64,000 nucleotides of DNA, taken from the NCBI GenBank assembly GCA_963710605.1, contig CAVQBA010000004.1, positions 768,001-832,000 on the forward strand, in the 5' to 3' direction. The translations under genes were made by a program, and so were the position numbers. Under the pieces are notes generated by a model that worked only from the letters and a program-made list of their open reading frames with translations, had not been told where the DNA came from and searched no databases. Origin of the DNA: an uncultured cyanobacterium (GTDB lineage: Bacteria; Cyanobacteriota; Cyanobacteriia; Cyanobacteriales; Cyanobacteriaceae). Shown one piece after another: positions 22,007 through 32,650 of the stretch (position 1 is the stretch's first letter; every line of letters starts with the position of its first letter).

Positions 22007-22849
22007 TTGACTCGCCAATCAGCAACCAGCACTTTTAGTTTAATCGGTGGAATTATTGCCGCTTTAATTGTACTAATCGGTTTTAACTCTTTCGTCATCA
22101 TCAACCCCGGACAAGCTGGAGTTTTGAGTGTTTTAGGAAAAGCTCAAAATGGTGCTTTATTAGAAGGAATACATTTTAAACCGCCTTTAATTTCCGCAGT
22201 AGATGTCTATGATGTCACCGTTCAAAAATTTGAAGTACCCGCTCAAAGTGCGACTAAAGATTTACAAGATTTATCAGCTAGTTTTGCAATTAACTTCCGT
22301 CTTGATCCTTTTAAAGTAGTTGAAATTAGAAGAACTCAAGGTACACTAAGAAATATCGTCAATAAAATTATTGCCCCTCAAACTCAAGAATCTTTTAAAA
22401 TTGCCGCCGCTAGACGTACAGTCGAACAAGCAATTACTCAAAGAAGTGAGCTCAAAGAAGATTTTGATTTAGCCCTCAACTCTCGTTTAGAGAAATATGG
22501 CATTATTGTTCTTGATACTAGTGTTGTCGATTTAGCCTTTTCTACCGAATTTGCTAAAGCAGTAGAAGACAAACAAATTGCTGAACAAAGAGCTCAAAGA
22601 GCAGTTTATATCGCTCAAGAAGCTTCTCAAGAAGCCGAAGCTGATGTTAACCGAGCTAGAGGTAAAGCCGAAGCCCAAAGACTATTAGCCGAAACCCTAA
22701 AAGCCCAAGGTGGTGAATTAGTACTACAAAAAGAAGCGATCGAAGCTTGGAGAGAAGGTGGGGCTCAAATGCCTAGAGTGTTAGTAACTGGTGGTAGTGG
22801 TGCAAGTGTACCGTTCATCTTTGATTTACAAGATGCAGGAAACAGTTAG
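22007..22849 (+). CDS. Prohibitin/SPFH domain protein
   Basis: N-terminal TM, TKDLQ, AVEDKQIAEQRAQRA; TTG start with AGGAG SD. Confidence 0.93.
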   Translation: MTRQSATSTFSLIGGIIAALIVLIGFNSFVIINPGQAGVLSVLGKAQNGALLEGIHFKPPLISAVDVYDVTVQKFEVPAQSATKDLQDLSASFAINFRLDPFKVVEIRRTQGTLRNIVNKIIAPQTQESFKIAAARRTVEQAITQRSELKEDFDLALNSRLEKYGIIVLDTSVVDLAFSTEFAKAVEDKQIAEQRAQRAVYIAQEASQEAEADVNRARGKAEAQRLLAETLKAQGGELVLQKEAIEAWREGGAQMPRVLVTGGSGASVPFIFDLQDAGNS

Positions 22850-22901
22850 TAACTAATAATTAAAGTAACCACTAAATTATTTAACTCACATAAAGATTAC
22901 A

Positions 22902-22929
22902 GTAGGGGCAATTCATCTGTCGCCCCTAC
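22902..22929. repeat. GTAG-type REP-like palindrome
   Basis: GTAGGGGC-N12-GCCCCTAC; relatives at 37941-37969, 46370-46398, 54028-54049, 54762-54790. Confidence 0.75.
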
Positions 22930-23125
22930 ATTCTGATAATTAGTTTTTAAACGATCTCTTTTATTAACTGTATAGCAGTAAAAAGCGATCGACAAGATAA
23001 TTCTGTTGAGATTATACGATCGATCTTTTTCGTCTTTAATAAACTCTGCTTCTGTCCTTTCTCTCTTGAAAAGTTGTTCGTTGTTCATGGGGGAAAGCTA
23101 AAGCTAACGCATTTATACACACGAC

Positions 23126-23160
23126 AAAAAACACCCCCAGTTTAACTGAGAGTGCTTTTT
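23126..23160 (-). terminator. Probable intrinsic terminator of psbA
   Basis: Imperfect stem CAC..CAGTT-T-AACTG..GTG flanked by A and T tracts about 55 nt after the stop. Confidence 0.6.
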
Positions 23161-23214
23161 GAGATTTTGCTATTTAATTGTTATTTCAATTTAAATCACA
23201 AATCATTTGATTAA

Positions 23215-24285
23215 TTAGCTGTTGATTACAGGTGCACTTATGACATCCGCGCTGGCTAAATCTAATGGGAAGTTGTGAGCGTTACGTTCGTGCATTACTT
23301 CGATACCGATGTTAGCACGGTTTAATACGTCTGCCCATGTTCCGATTACGTGACCTTGGCTATCTAAGATTGATTGGTTAAAGTTAAAACCGTTCAAGTT
23401 GAATGCCATGGTGCTTACTCCCATTGCTGTGAACCAAATACCAATCACAGGCCATGCTCCTAAAAAGAAGTGTAATGCTCTAGAGTTGTTAAATGATGCA
23501 TATTGGAAGATTAAACGACCAAAGTAACCATGTGCGGCTACGATGTTGTAGGTTTCTTCTTCTTGACCGAATTTGTAACCGTAGTTTTGTGATTCAGTTT
23601 CAGTTGTTTCACGAACTAATGAAGAAGTTACTAAGCTTCCGTGCATTGCGGAGAATAAAGAACCACCGAATACACCGGCTACTCCTAACATATGAAATGG
23701 GTGCATTAAGATGTTATGCTCTGCTTGGAATACGAACATAAAGTTGAATGTTCCAGAGATTCCTAAAGGCATACCATCAGAGAATGAACCTTGACCAATA
23801 GGGTAGATTAAGAATACTGCTGTTGCCGCAGATACAGGAGCAGAATATGCTACACAGATCCAAGGACGCATTCCTAAACGGTAGGATAATTCCCACTGAC
23901 GACCCATATAACAGAAGATTCCGATTAAGAAATGGAATACGACTAATTGGTAAGGACCACCATTGTATAACCATTCGTCTAATGATGCTGCTTCCCAGAT
24001 TGGGTAGAAGTGAAGACCAATAGCGTTGGAACTAGGGACAACTGCACCAGAAATGATGTTGTTGCCATAAAGTAATGAACCGGCTACTGGCTCACGAATA
24101 CCGTCAATATCTACAGGAGGTGCTGCGATGAAGGCGATGATGAAACAAGTGGTTGCAGTTAAAAGACAAGGGATCATCAAAGTACCGAACCAACCGACAT
24201 ATAGACGGTTGTTGGTTGATGTGATCCACTGACAAAACTGTTCCCAAGCAGATGACTGCTGTTGTTGTTGTAAAGTGGTTGTCAT
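23215..24285 (-). CDS. psbA: Photosystem II D1 protein (Gln130 form, 356 aa)
   Basis: Unmistakable D1 sequence; Mn-cluster ligands intact; MGRQWE; ...HNFPLDLA plus 12-aa extension. Confidence 0.99.
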   Translation of the reverse strand: MTTTLQQQQQSSAWEQFCQWITSTNNRLYVGWFGTLMIPCLLTATTCFIIAFIAAPPVDIDGIREPVAGSLLYGNNIISGAVVPSSNAIGLHFYPIWEAASLDEWLYNGGPYQLVVFHFLIGIFCYMGRQWELSYRLGMRPWICVAYSAPVSAATAVFLIYPIGQGSFSDGMPLGISGTFNFMFVFQAEHNILMHPFHMLGVAGVFGGSLFSAMHGSLVTSSLVRETTETESQNYGYKFGQEEETYNIVAAHGYFGRLIFQYASFNNSRALHFFLGAWPVIGIWFTAMGVSTMAFNLNGFNFNQSILDSQGHVIGTWADVLNRANIGIEVMHERNAHNFPLDLASADVISAPVINS

Positions 24286-24403
24286 GTTTGTTATGATTGC
24301 GATTAAATTTTCAAGGTACTATCTGTTTCGGTTTCCCGAAGTTCAGATTACATCCGGTTAAGCGTTTAAAAAATAAATTGCTTTGTTTGATGTGTATATA
24401 CTT

Positions 24404-24432
24404 ATAATAACAGCTATATTGAGTTTTGTAAA
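24404..24432 (-). promoter_or_regulatory. psbA sigma70-type promoter
   Basis: TTTACA-17 nt-TATTAT on the minus strand; TTTACA is the typical cyanobacterial psbA -35 element. Confidence 0.7.
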
Positions 24433-24584
24433 GGAATCTTCAGTTTACTCTTTGTTATCTGAGTGATAAGTTTTGCTTAATGGCTCTGTTTTCTAAATAG
24501 TTATGGCAAAAAGCGAGTAATGAACAATTTAAGACTTCTTAGTTCTTACTTTTTACTTTTTACTTAGACTCTCTGCTCGCTACA

Positions 24585-25649
24585 ATGAAATCAAATCACA
24601 CAAAAAATGAGGAAACAATGAATACCAATACGACTAATCAATCAGAAGTAGTTATTCCTGATGCCAGTCTAGATAGAGACTGTACGACATTATCTCGTCA
24701 CATCCTACAGCAGTTAGATACTTTTTCGACAGATGCTCAAGATTTGAGTGCGATTATGAATCGAATTGCTTTAGCAGGAAAACTGGTTGCTCGTCGTTTA
24801 AGCCGTGCAGGATTAGTTGCGGATGCATTAGGTTTTACAGGAGAAGATAATGTTCAAGGTGAATCGGTTAAAAAAATGGACCTTTATGCCAATGACGTTT
24901 TTATTTCTGTATTTAAGCAAAGTGGTTTGGTTTGTCGTTTGGCTTCTGAGGAGATGGAGAAACCTTATTATATTCCTGAAAATTGTCCGATTGGTCGTTA
25001 TACTTTACTTTATGATCCCATTGATGGCTCTTCTAATGTTGATATTAATTTGAATGTTGGTTCAATTTTTGCGATTAGACAACAAGAAGGAGAAGATTTA
25101 GATGGTGAAGCCAAAGATTTGTTACAAGATGGTCATAAGCAAGTAGCGGCGGGTTATATTCTTTATGGTCCTGCTACTGTTCTAGTTTACACGATCGGTA
25201 AAGGTGTACATTCGTTCTTTTTAGATCCTAGTTTAGGAGAATTTATCCTCGCTCAAGAAAATATCCAAATCCCTGAAAATGGTTCTGTTTACAGTGTCAA
25301 TGAAGGTAATTTTTGGCAGTGGGATGAGCCTTATCGTAATTATATCCGTCATCTTCATAGTAATGAGGGTTATAGCAGTAGATATAGTGGTGCATTAGTA
25401 GGAGATATTCACCGTATTTTGATGCAAGGAGGTGTTTTTCTTTATCCTGGTACGATGAAAAAACCTGATGGTAAATTAAGATTGTTATATGAAACTGCTC
25501 CTTTAGCTTGGATTGTTGAACAAGCGGGTGGAGAGGCTTCAATCGGTAAAGTTGATGCGATGGATGTAATCCCGGAAAAAATTCATCAACGTACACCGAT
25601 TATTTTAGGTGGCAAAAAAGAAGTTGAGTTAGTTAAGTCTTTTTTATAA
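24585..25649 (+). CDS. fbp: Class 1 fructose-1,6-bisphosphatase
   Basis: [31 protein letters not shown]. Confidence 0.97.
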   Translation: MKSNHTKNEETMNTNTTNQSEVVIPDASLDRDCTTLSRHILQQLDTFSTDAQDLSAIMNRIALAGKLVARRLSRAGLVADALGFTGEDNVQGESVKKMDLYANDVFISVFKQSGLVCRLASEEMEKPYYIPENCPIGRYTLLYDPIDGSSNVDINLNVGSIFAIRQQEGEDLDGEAKDLLQDGHKQVAAGYILYGPATVLVYTIGKGVHSFFLDPSLGEFILAQENIQIPENGSVYSVNEGNFWQWDEPYRNYIRHLHSNEGYSSRYSGALVGDIHRILMQGGVFLYPGTMKKPDGKLRLLYETAPLAWIVEQAGGEASIGKVDAMDVIPEKIHQRTPIILGGKKEVELVKSFL

Positions 25650-25830
25650 GTTAATTAAAACATCTAACCACCCCTAACCCCTCCTTTTGAAGGAGGGGAA
25701 ATCGATATCAAGTGTCTCAACGAATTTTTCATTGCTATCCATTTGTTAAAAATTGAAAATAAGTAAATACTTACTTTCTAGCTTCTCTTTTTCTTTTTTT
25801 AACCATTCCCTAAAATTAAATTACCAAAAA

Positions 25831-26607
25831 CTAATTTTTTGATTGTTCGCAAGAAGACAAAATGTTACTGATAAAATCGCTATAATCATTTTTCATCGGT
25901 AACTCATAATCGATAAATAATCTTTTTCTGGTAGTTGGTATCGTCTCACCAGTTTTTGGATTAAATCCTTCTTTGATATAATTTTGCCAATAAATACCTG
26001 TACCTCTTTTTTGCCAACTAGGAAGATTATTAAAATTGATCCCTTTTTGAAAGAGATATTCGTTTTTGTTGGCTACAGACATATGCTCAAACATAGAAGT
26101 TGCTTTTCTTGCTGATAATCCTTCTTTTCTGGCACACCAATAACAATGAGAATTTAAAGAGTTACGATGGGCATCTTCATTTCGCCAACGAAAATAATCA
26201 ATAACTAATTTTGGGGTAGGTAATTGAGATATACGAGAATCAAAAGTGCCTAAACTGCCTAATAATAAACTAAATTTAGCACTGGCTTCTCCTGCTAAAA
26301 CTGAATTTAATTTTCGTTCTTTCCGATTAAAAGTAGTATCATCTAAATCAAATAGTAAGGATATTTCGTCACTTTGGGTATATCCATAAATAATTTTAAA
26401 ACCACATTCCATCAAATGTTTGACTGTTTCTACCATCATATCTCGGAATTTAAGATCGAAAGGTCGATCGAAATTATGTGTTTCCTTGGTTAATTTAGTA
26501 AAACAGCGACCATCTATTCTGGCTACCATATATATTTGAGGTAATATGATTGAATCGTTTGCTGTCTCAAACAGACGCATTTTTTGGTCTAATTCGTCAA
26601 ATTTCAT
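25831..26607 (-). CDS. Thg1-like protein (tRNA-His guanylyltransferase / 3'-5' polymerase family)
   Basis: ARIDGRCF, YTQSDEISL, FDSR, YFRWRNEDAHRNSLN, WQKRG; metal-binding Asp residues intact. Confidence 0.93.
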   Translation of the reverse strand: MKFDELDQKMRLFETANDSIILPQIYMVARIDGRCFTKLTKETHNFDRPFDLKFRDMMVETVKHLMECGFKIIYGYTQSDEISLLFDLDDTTFNRKERKLNSVLAGEASAKFSLLLGSLGTFDSRISQLPTPKLVIDYFRWRNEDAHRNSLNSHCYWCARKEGLSARKATSMFEHMSVANKNEYLFQKGINFNNLPSWQKRGTGIYWQNYIKEGFNPKTGETIPTTRKRLFIDYELPMKNDYSDFISNILSSCEQSKN

Positions 26608-27043
26608 TTTGCCACTCTTCTACAATAAATTCACCAGATCGAATTTTTACATAATAAAGACAATCTAAACCTTGATTATAATCAGGTAATTGTAATTTTC
26701 TATAAGTTGCTTTTACTCCCACTTCAGGAATTTTTGCTTTACCGAGGCGTTGTTGGTTTCTGGCTAAACATTCTGACAGATTAGATTCAAAATAGTAGCC
26801 AGTTATTTTAAAACGATTTTCTTTTAGTTTATCTATATATTTTTGTCTATCTTCGATCGTTGGGTTAGTATTATCTATCACTAATGGTTGTTTAGCGAGT
26901 AAACAAGCTTCAAATAAGATCTTTTCTCGATGTCTTGTTTTTAGCATATCCAAATTTAAACGAATATGAGTTTGGTAAAATTTTTCTAAATAAAAAGAAG
27001 ATTTTCCAGTTGCTTGTAATCCAATAAATATGATTCCATTCAT
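26597..27043 (-). CDS. P-loop kinase, polynucleotide-kinase-like (AAA_33)
   Basis: GLQATGKSS, VIDNTNPT..DR, CLARNQQR lid motif; overlaps the Thg1-like start by 11 nt. Confidence 0.85.
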   Translation of the reverse strand: MNGIIFIGLQATGKSSFYLEKFYQTHIRLNLDMLKTRHREKILFEACLLAKQPLVIDNTNPTIEDRQKYIDKLKENRFKITGYYFESNLSECLARNQQRLGKAKIPEVGVKATYRKLQLPDYNQGLDCLYYVKIRSGEFIVEEWQNEI

Positions 27044-27113
27044 TATTGATATTTATTTTAATTTTTGATCAATGTAGCAAAAAAATAGCTATGATGTTTT
27101 TACTACTCGATCG

Positions 27114-27311
27114 CTAATTCGTTAATTTTGCTTGTATTGCTTGTTCTATTTTTAAATCGAAATCAACGTCACCGACTGTAGCAATAACTTTTTTTGCTTT
27201 ACTATTTCGTCTCTCTAAATAAGTTTGTAAAGCTAATTGATCATATTTATTAGCCAAGAAGTATTCTCTTAGTTGTTTGTCTGACATTTTGGAATAATTA
27301 GTTTGTGTCAT
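27114..27311 (-). CDS. DUF6887-like small helical protein
   Basis: NYSKMSDKQLREYFLANKYDQLALQTYLER; start coupled to the upstream ORF by TAATG. Confidence 0.75.
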   Translation of the reverse strand: MTQTNYSKMSDKQLREYFLANKYDQLALQTYLERRNSKAKKVIATVGDVDFDLKIEQAIQAKLTN

Positions 27312-27487
27312 TAAATAACTTCTCCTGTTGGTGTAATTACTAATTCAATTTCTTCTTCTTCACCCGCTAAAATAAAAAGATTATTTGTTCTTTGATCAAT
27401 ACAAATAAGATGAATTGATTGAAAGGCTTTATATGTTAAATAATAACAAATACGATAAAGCCCCTCTAATTGTTTTTGCGTTGGCAT
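27311..27487 (-). CDS. DUF6888-like 58-aa protein
   Basis: Manual translation MPTQKQLEGLYRICYYLTYKAFQSIHLICIDQRTNNLFILAGEEEEIELVITPTGEVI*; below the ORF-track cutoff; stop overlaps the next ATG. Confidence 0.78.
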   Translation of the reverse strand: MPTQKQLEGLYRICYYLTYKAFQSIHLICIDQRTNNLFILAGEEEEIELVITPTGEVI

Positions 27488-27551
27488 AGTTTATTAACAA
27501 ATTAGCGAAGGTATCAATATTTTACACTCTTGCCTTCCTAACTCCGAATTC

Positions 27552-28559
27552 CTAATTCCGACTTCCGAATTTATTCATTGTTGATTGTAAACAGATAAAA
27601 TCTTCTTTTACTTTGGCGACTCTGTCTTTAATTAAAGTTGAACTACAACTGCCATTTGGGGCAGTGATTAAATTAACGACTTCTTCGATCGCTTCAAAAC
27701 TGGGCATTTTAAGTAGATGTAAATTCAAATACTGTTTCACTACCCGACGTTGTAAACTTAATGGTTGCTGAGCTAATACAGAGCGTTGTAGGCAACTATT
27801 ATTGGCTTGTGTCGCTAAATTATACAATTGTGTAGTTTGTGTTTGTAAATATTCTAAATCTGCTCTTAGAATTTCGGCGGTTTGAGCTAAATGTTTTTGG
27901 GTTTGCGGATTAAAATGTTTTTCGAGATAGGGAATTAAATCTAAACGAATACGGTTACGAGCAAATTTTTTGTTTTGATTGTATTCGTCTTCCCAAATCG
28001 GTAGTTGTAATTGTTGGCAACAATCAAAGGTATCTCGACGCAAGAAGTTGAGTAAGGGGCGAACTAGGGTAATATTATCGGTTAATTGTCTTGTCCAGTT
28101 TAAAGCGGTTAATCCTTCTATTCCTGCACCTCTAATTAAATTATAGATAAAAGTTTCGCTACGATCGCTTAATGTATGAGCGGTTAATAAATAATCAAAA
28201 TTATGTTTGGTGGCGACAGCAGTTAAAGCTTGATAACGATATTTTCTAGCACTGGCTTCTGTTTCTGGTATTTTTTCTGTTGCTGTTTTGAGAAATAATT
28301 CGACTTGCCAATTATTACAAATTTGCTTAATATGATCAGCTAAACCTTGATCTAATTCCCAACCATGATCATAATGGACGATCGCTACTTTTTGCCACTT
28401 ACATTTAGCTTGTAAATCTAAACACAAACGAGCTAAACAAATTGAATCTTGTCCACCAGAAACCGCAATTAAAATTTTACTATTTGCTGGTAATAAATTA
28501 CGACTCTTAATAGTTTTAGATAGTTGAACATGATAAGTAGTTGAGTAATATTTATTCAT
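27552..28559 (-). CDS. tilS: tRNA(Ile)-lysidine synthetase
   Basis: AVSGGQDS, ARKYRY, TAHTLSDRSET, VRPLL, RNRIR. Confidence 0.96.
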   Translation of the reverse strand: MNKYYSTTYHVQLSKTIKSRNLLPANSKILIAVSGGQDSICLARLCLDLQAKCKWQKVAIVHYDHGWELDQGLADHIKQICNNWQVELFLKTATEKIPETEASARKYRYQALTAVATKHNFDYLLTAHTLSDRSETFIYNLIRGAGIEGLTALNWTRQLTDNITLVRPLLNFLRRDTFDCCQQLQLPIWEDEYNQNKKFARNRIRLDLIPYLEKHFNPQTQKHLAQTAEILRADLEYLQTQTTQLYNLATQANNSCLQRSVLAQQPLSLQRRVVKQYLNLHLLKMPSFEAIEEVVNLITAPNGSCSSTLIKDRVAKVKEDFICLQSTMNKFGSRN

Positions 28560-28843
28560 TTAAGTCTTATTCGTAAATAATCAATTGCTTGTAACTAATT
28601 TTGAAGAGTAAAAAATAATTATCAATTGTGAACTATCAATCGTTTAACGAATTTTTAACTATTAATTAACCTGATTATAATAACTAAAAAATAATAGTTA
28701 ATAATCAATTATTATTTACCAAATGTCAACTACTGATTGCCGATAAGTTAAGCGGGAAAACCCTACACCTTTTAAAAATCTATTGTCTGAATGACCATAA
28801 ACCAATAAACTTTCTAGTAAAAGCTATTTGATCAATTAATTTT

Positions 28844-30133
28844 ATGAAAAAAGTTCTTAGTATAATTTTAGGTGGCGGTGCAGGTTCAAGATTGTACCCT
28901 CTCACAAAGCTACGTGCAAAACCAGCAGTGCCTTTAGCTGGTAAATATCGTTTAATCGATATACCCATTAGTAACTGTCTTAATTCGGGTATTAATCAAA
29001 TCTATGTTTTAACTCAATATAACTCTGCTTCATTAAATCGTCATGTTAGTAAAGGTTACAACTTTTCTGGTTTAAGTGAAGGTTTTGTCGAAGTATTAGC
29101 AGCTCAACAAACTAAAGAAAACCCTGATTGGTTTCAAGGCACGGCTGATGCAGTGCGTCAATATATTTGGTTGTTTGAAGAATGGGATATGGATGAATAT
29201 ATTATCCTTTCTGGGGATCATCTCTATCGTATGGATTATAGCAAGTTTATTGAGCATCACCGTAAAACTAATGCTGATATTACTTTATCGGTAATTCCGA
29301 TCGATGAAAAAAAAGCGACTGCATTTGGTTTGATGAAAATTGATGATCAAGGGCGAATAATTGACTTTAGTGAAAAACCTGAAGGAGATGAGCTTAAAAA
29401 GATGGCTGTAGATACTTCTATTTTAGGTTTAAATCCTGATAAAGCCAAAGAGCAACCTTATATTGCTTCAATGGGTATTTATGTCTTTAAAAAAGAGGTT
29501 TTAGAAAAACTATTAAAAGATAATCCTAAGCAAACTGATTTTGGTAAAGAAATCATTCCTGATGCGGCTAAAGATTATAATGTACAAGCGTATTTATATA
29601 AAGGTTATTGGGAAGATATCGGTACGATCGAAGCTTTCTATCAAGCTAATTTAGCATTAACTGATCAACCTTGTCCTGAATTTAGTTTCTATGACGAAAA
29701 AGCACCTATTTATACTCGCGCACGTTACCTACCCCCTACCAAGTTATTAGATTCTAATGTAACTGAATCGATTATTGGTGAAGGTTGTATCATTAAAGAA
29801 TGCCGAATTAGTAAATGTGTTCTAGGTATCAGAACTCGGATTGAAAGTAACTGTATTGTGGAAGATAGTTTATTGATGGGTTCAGACTATTACGAAAATT
29901 CCGAAATGCGTCAAGAAAAAATCGATAAGGGTAGTCTTCCAATGGGAATTGGTGCTGGTTCAACGATTAGAGGTGCTATTATTGATAAAAATGCCCGTAT
30001 TGGTAAAAATGTAAGTATAACCAATAAAGATAGGGTAGAAGAAGCTAATCGTGAAGATGAAGGCTTTATGATTCGTAGTGGTATTGTTGTGGTTGTTAAA
30101 AATGCTGTTATTCCTGATAACACTGTAATTTAA
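28844..30133 (+). CDS. glgC: Glucose-1-phosphate adenylyltransferase
   Basis: [35 protein letters not shown]. Confidence 0.98.
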   Translation: MKKVLSIILGGGAGSRLYPLTKLRAKPAVPLAGKYRLIDIPISNCLNSGINQIYVLTQYNSASLNRHVSKGYNFSGLSEGFVEVLAAQQTKENPDWFQGTADAVRQYIWLFEEWDMDEYIILSGDHLYRMDYSKFIEHHRKTNADITLSVIPIDEKKATAFGLMKIDDQGRIIDFSEKPEGDELKKMAVDTSILGLNPDKAKEQPYIASMGIYVFKKEVLEKLLKDNPKQTDFGKEIIPDAAKDYNVQAYLYKGYWEDIGTIEAFYQANLALTDQPCPEFSFYDEKAPIYTRARYLPPTKLLDSNVTESIIGEGCIIKECRISKCVLGIRTRIESNCIVEDSLLMGSDYYENSEMRQEKIDKGSLPMGIGAGSTIRGAIIDKNARIGKNVSITNKDRVEEANREDEGFMIRSGIVVVVKNAVIPDNTVI

Positions 30134-30261
30134 TCATCCCAAGTTTAAAAAAAATTGCGACAGCTACACCTAGATATTCTCCCCTTAAAGGGGGAGACTC
30201 GCTTAAAAAGCAATTGTTGCAAAATTAAATATAAATATAAATAATGGGATCGGGGTTTTTT

Positions 30262-31686
30262 CTAAGCATAGAGAGGAAAACTAAGGGTAAAAATACTTCC
30301 TTTATCTGTATTAGAAGCAACATTAATTTCACCATTCATGGCAGTTACTAAGGTTTTGACGATCGCTAATCCTAATCCTGTACCTCCTGCACGATTACGA
30401 GCTTCATCAACTCGATAAAAACGATCGAATATACGGTTTTGTACCGCTAAGGGTATGCCATAACCTTGATCGCAAAATTCAATTATAACTAAAGATTTTT
30501 CTGTTTTAATTTTAATATCTATCTGTGTACCTTCAGGGGAATATTTAATGGCATTATCAATTAAATTGATACAAACTTGTTTAAATTTATCACGATCGAC
30601 TTTGATTTTAAGATCACTATTTTGCTCATGAAAATTAACTTTTCGATCGCTGTATTGTTGAGCCATATTAATGATTTCTTGGACTGAATCACTGACATTA
30701 ACTTCTACCAAATTTAGATTGATAGTACCATGATCAGCTCGTGCTAATTGTAGTAAGTCTTCTAATAATGAAATAGTTCGATCGGCTTCTCCTTGAGCTA
30801 CAGACAATGCTTCTCGTTGTATTGTAGTTAAATTATCTCCTCTTCTTAATGTACTTTGTAAGTAACCTGATACGATCGTCAATGGTGTTCTTAATTCATG
30901 AGAAACGTCACTTAATAATTGTTTCTGATTATCCCAACTTTGCCCTAATCTCATCAACATTTGTTCTAAGGTTAACGCCAGTTTTCTTACTTCATTAGGG
31001 CTATTTTTAAAGTCAATTGAAACTTCTTTTAATTCATCTGCTGAGATACTTTCAGCTATATTACTAATTTTTTCTAACGGTTTTAAGGAGTAAGATATAT
31101 AATAAGCGATCGCAATTAACATAATCGTTACTGCGATGATAGTTGTGACTGTTAAACTACGAATTAAATAAGTAAATAAAAGTTGTTCGTTTGTCACGTT
31201 TTGTGCAATATATAAATTGCCAGCAAATTCTTGATTTAACTGAGTTGAGACACCACACATTAACCAATATTCTCGATCGAAAAAAACTAATTCAGGAATT
31301 GCGGAAATATCATGATAAGTAGCTAATTTAGAGTCAAAGTAAGGAGATTGAGCGATAATTTCATTTTGCTGATTTTCAAACCACAAAAGATTTTTTTTAC
31401 TTGATAAGTTATTAATTGTTTTTTGAATTCCAACATCAGTTGAAACTATTTCGCTGTAAATTTCAACATCAGTAGGAAAACGATTAGTCAGATATTCAAC
31501 TGTTTCTTTATGAGTCATCATCAATAAGTTTTGCATCCTCAAACTCATCCAAATAGACACACTACCTAAACCTAAAGATGATAGTAATGCTATACCCAAA
31601 GTTAATCTTGCTCTGAGAGAATTAAAGTTACTTTTGTTAATTTGGGATACACGATGGACTATTTTGGTTAACATTATTAGTGACAA
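30262..31686 (-). CDS. Membrane sensor histidine kinase (2 TM-HAMP-HisKA-HATPase)
   Basis: DVSHELRTPLT, NLIDNAIKYS, GGTGLGLAI; no adjacent response regulator. Confidence 0.93.
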   Translation of the reverse strand: MSLIMLTKIVHRVSQINKSNFNSLRARLTLGIALLSSLGLGSVSIWMSLRMQNLLMMTHKETVEYLTNRFPTDVEIYSEIVSTDVGIQKTINNLSSKKNLLWFENQQNEIIAQSPYFDSKLATYHDISAIPELVFFDREYWLMCGVSTQLNQEFAGNLYIAQNVTNEQLLFTYLIRSLTVTTIIAVTIMLIAIAYYISYSLKPLEKISNIAESISADELKEVSIDFKNSPNEVRKLALTLEQMLMRLGQSWDNQKQLLSDVSHELRTPLTIVSGYLQSTLRRGDNLTTIQREALSVAQGEADRTISLLEDLLQLARADHGTINLNLVEVNVSDSVQEIINMAQQYSDRKVNFHEQNSDLKIKVDRDKFKQVCINLIDNAIKYSPEGTQIDIKIKTEKSLVIIEFCDQGYGIPLAVQNRIFDRFYRVDEARNRAGGTGLGLAIVKTLVTAMNGEINVASNTDKGSIFTLSFPLYA

Positions 31687-32161
31687 ACTTATTTAGATTT
31701 AATAATTGTTAGTGGGTTTTATATAACAGTATTTAGTTGAGAGTTATTATTAATTTTTCCAATTTCACACACAAATAACTTTCTCAAGACGTATCTATCA
31801 CCGACACATTCTTTGCTTCTATCTCCAAATTATCAACTATCAATTTATTTTGTACTGCCGTATATTAAATATTGAACCTTAAGAAACTGATATTTTCCTG
31901 AAAATTAGATTAGATATAGTTTAGCTAGATAATGAAGGGGTGTTGATGTTAGTAATAAGCAAGATACTCAGCACAATTAAGATGGATAGAAACTATGATT
32001 ATCTTTTTACACTAAACTGATATCGATATTACTTATAAAATAATTGTTGGGATTCGCTTTTTTTTAGTTTTGGTTTATAGTTCAGTTTTTTTGAGGCTTA
32101 ACCATTCTCTACGAAAGATACAATCAGCCGAAAGCTGGTGTTGTGCGATCGTGCTATTGTA

Positions 32162-32527
32162 TTAATCAATTATTATATTTTCAAGTGATTTTGATTCTAA
32201 CTCTCCTTTTTTTGTTGATATGAACCATGCTATATCTCCAATATTTGGTTCACGGTTTAATTGATTCCATTCCTTTTCTATCCTACTTATTATTTCTGTA
32301 TTAGACATTTGCCATATTTCAAACTGACTTTTACTATTAAAGGTACCTACTTCAATCAAGTTATCATTCAATAGTTCTCTAATTAATTTCAAGCATTGAT
32401 TTTTAATTGAGACAGTATCCAATTTCGGATTGTAATCTTCGATTTCTACTATGACAGACCACAAACCTACATAATCTTCAGCTGCTTCCATCAATAATAA
32501 TTTTTTAATTTTTAGTTGATTAGTCAT
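32162..32527 (-). CDS. Hypothetical protein
   Basis: 121-aa acidic ORF; DYVGLW, LIEVG, RIEKEW..L.REPNIGDIAWF. Confidence 0.75.
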   Translation of the reverse strand: MTNQLKIKKLLLMEAAEDYVGLWSVIVEIEDYNPKLDTVSIKNQCLKLIRELLNDNLIEVGTFNSKSQFEIWQMSNTEIISRIEKEWNQLNREPNIGDIAWFISTKKGELESKSLENIIID

Positions 32528-32650
32528 TTTTATTAACGTATATTTAAGGGGTAAATTTTATTTTTTTAATATAAATATCAGGAATTTTTACATCTACAGT
32601 TACATTTGTTTCAAGATTTTTAGTTGCTTTATCTCTCACACCAACTATAT

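Noticed and set aside
22897-23088. 63-aa minus-strand ORF after psbA
   Set aside because: Ends inside a REP palindrome and has no recognisable motif
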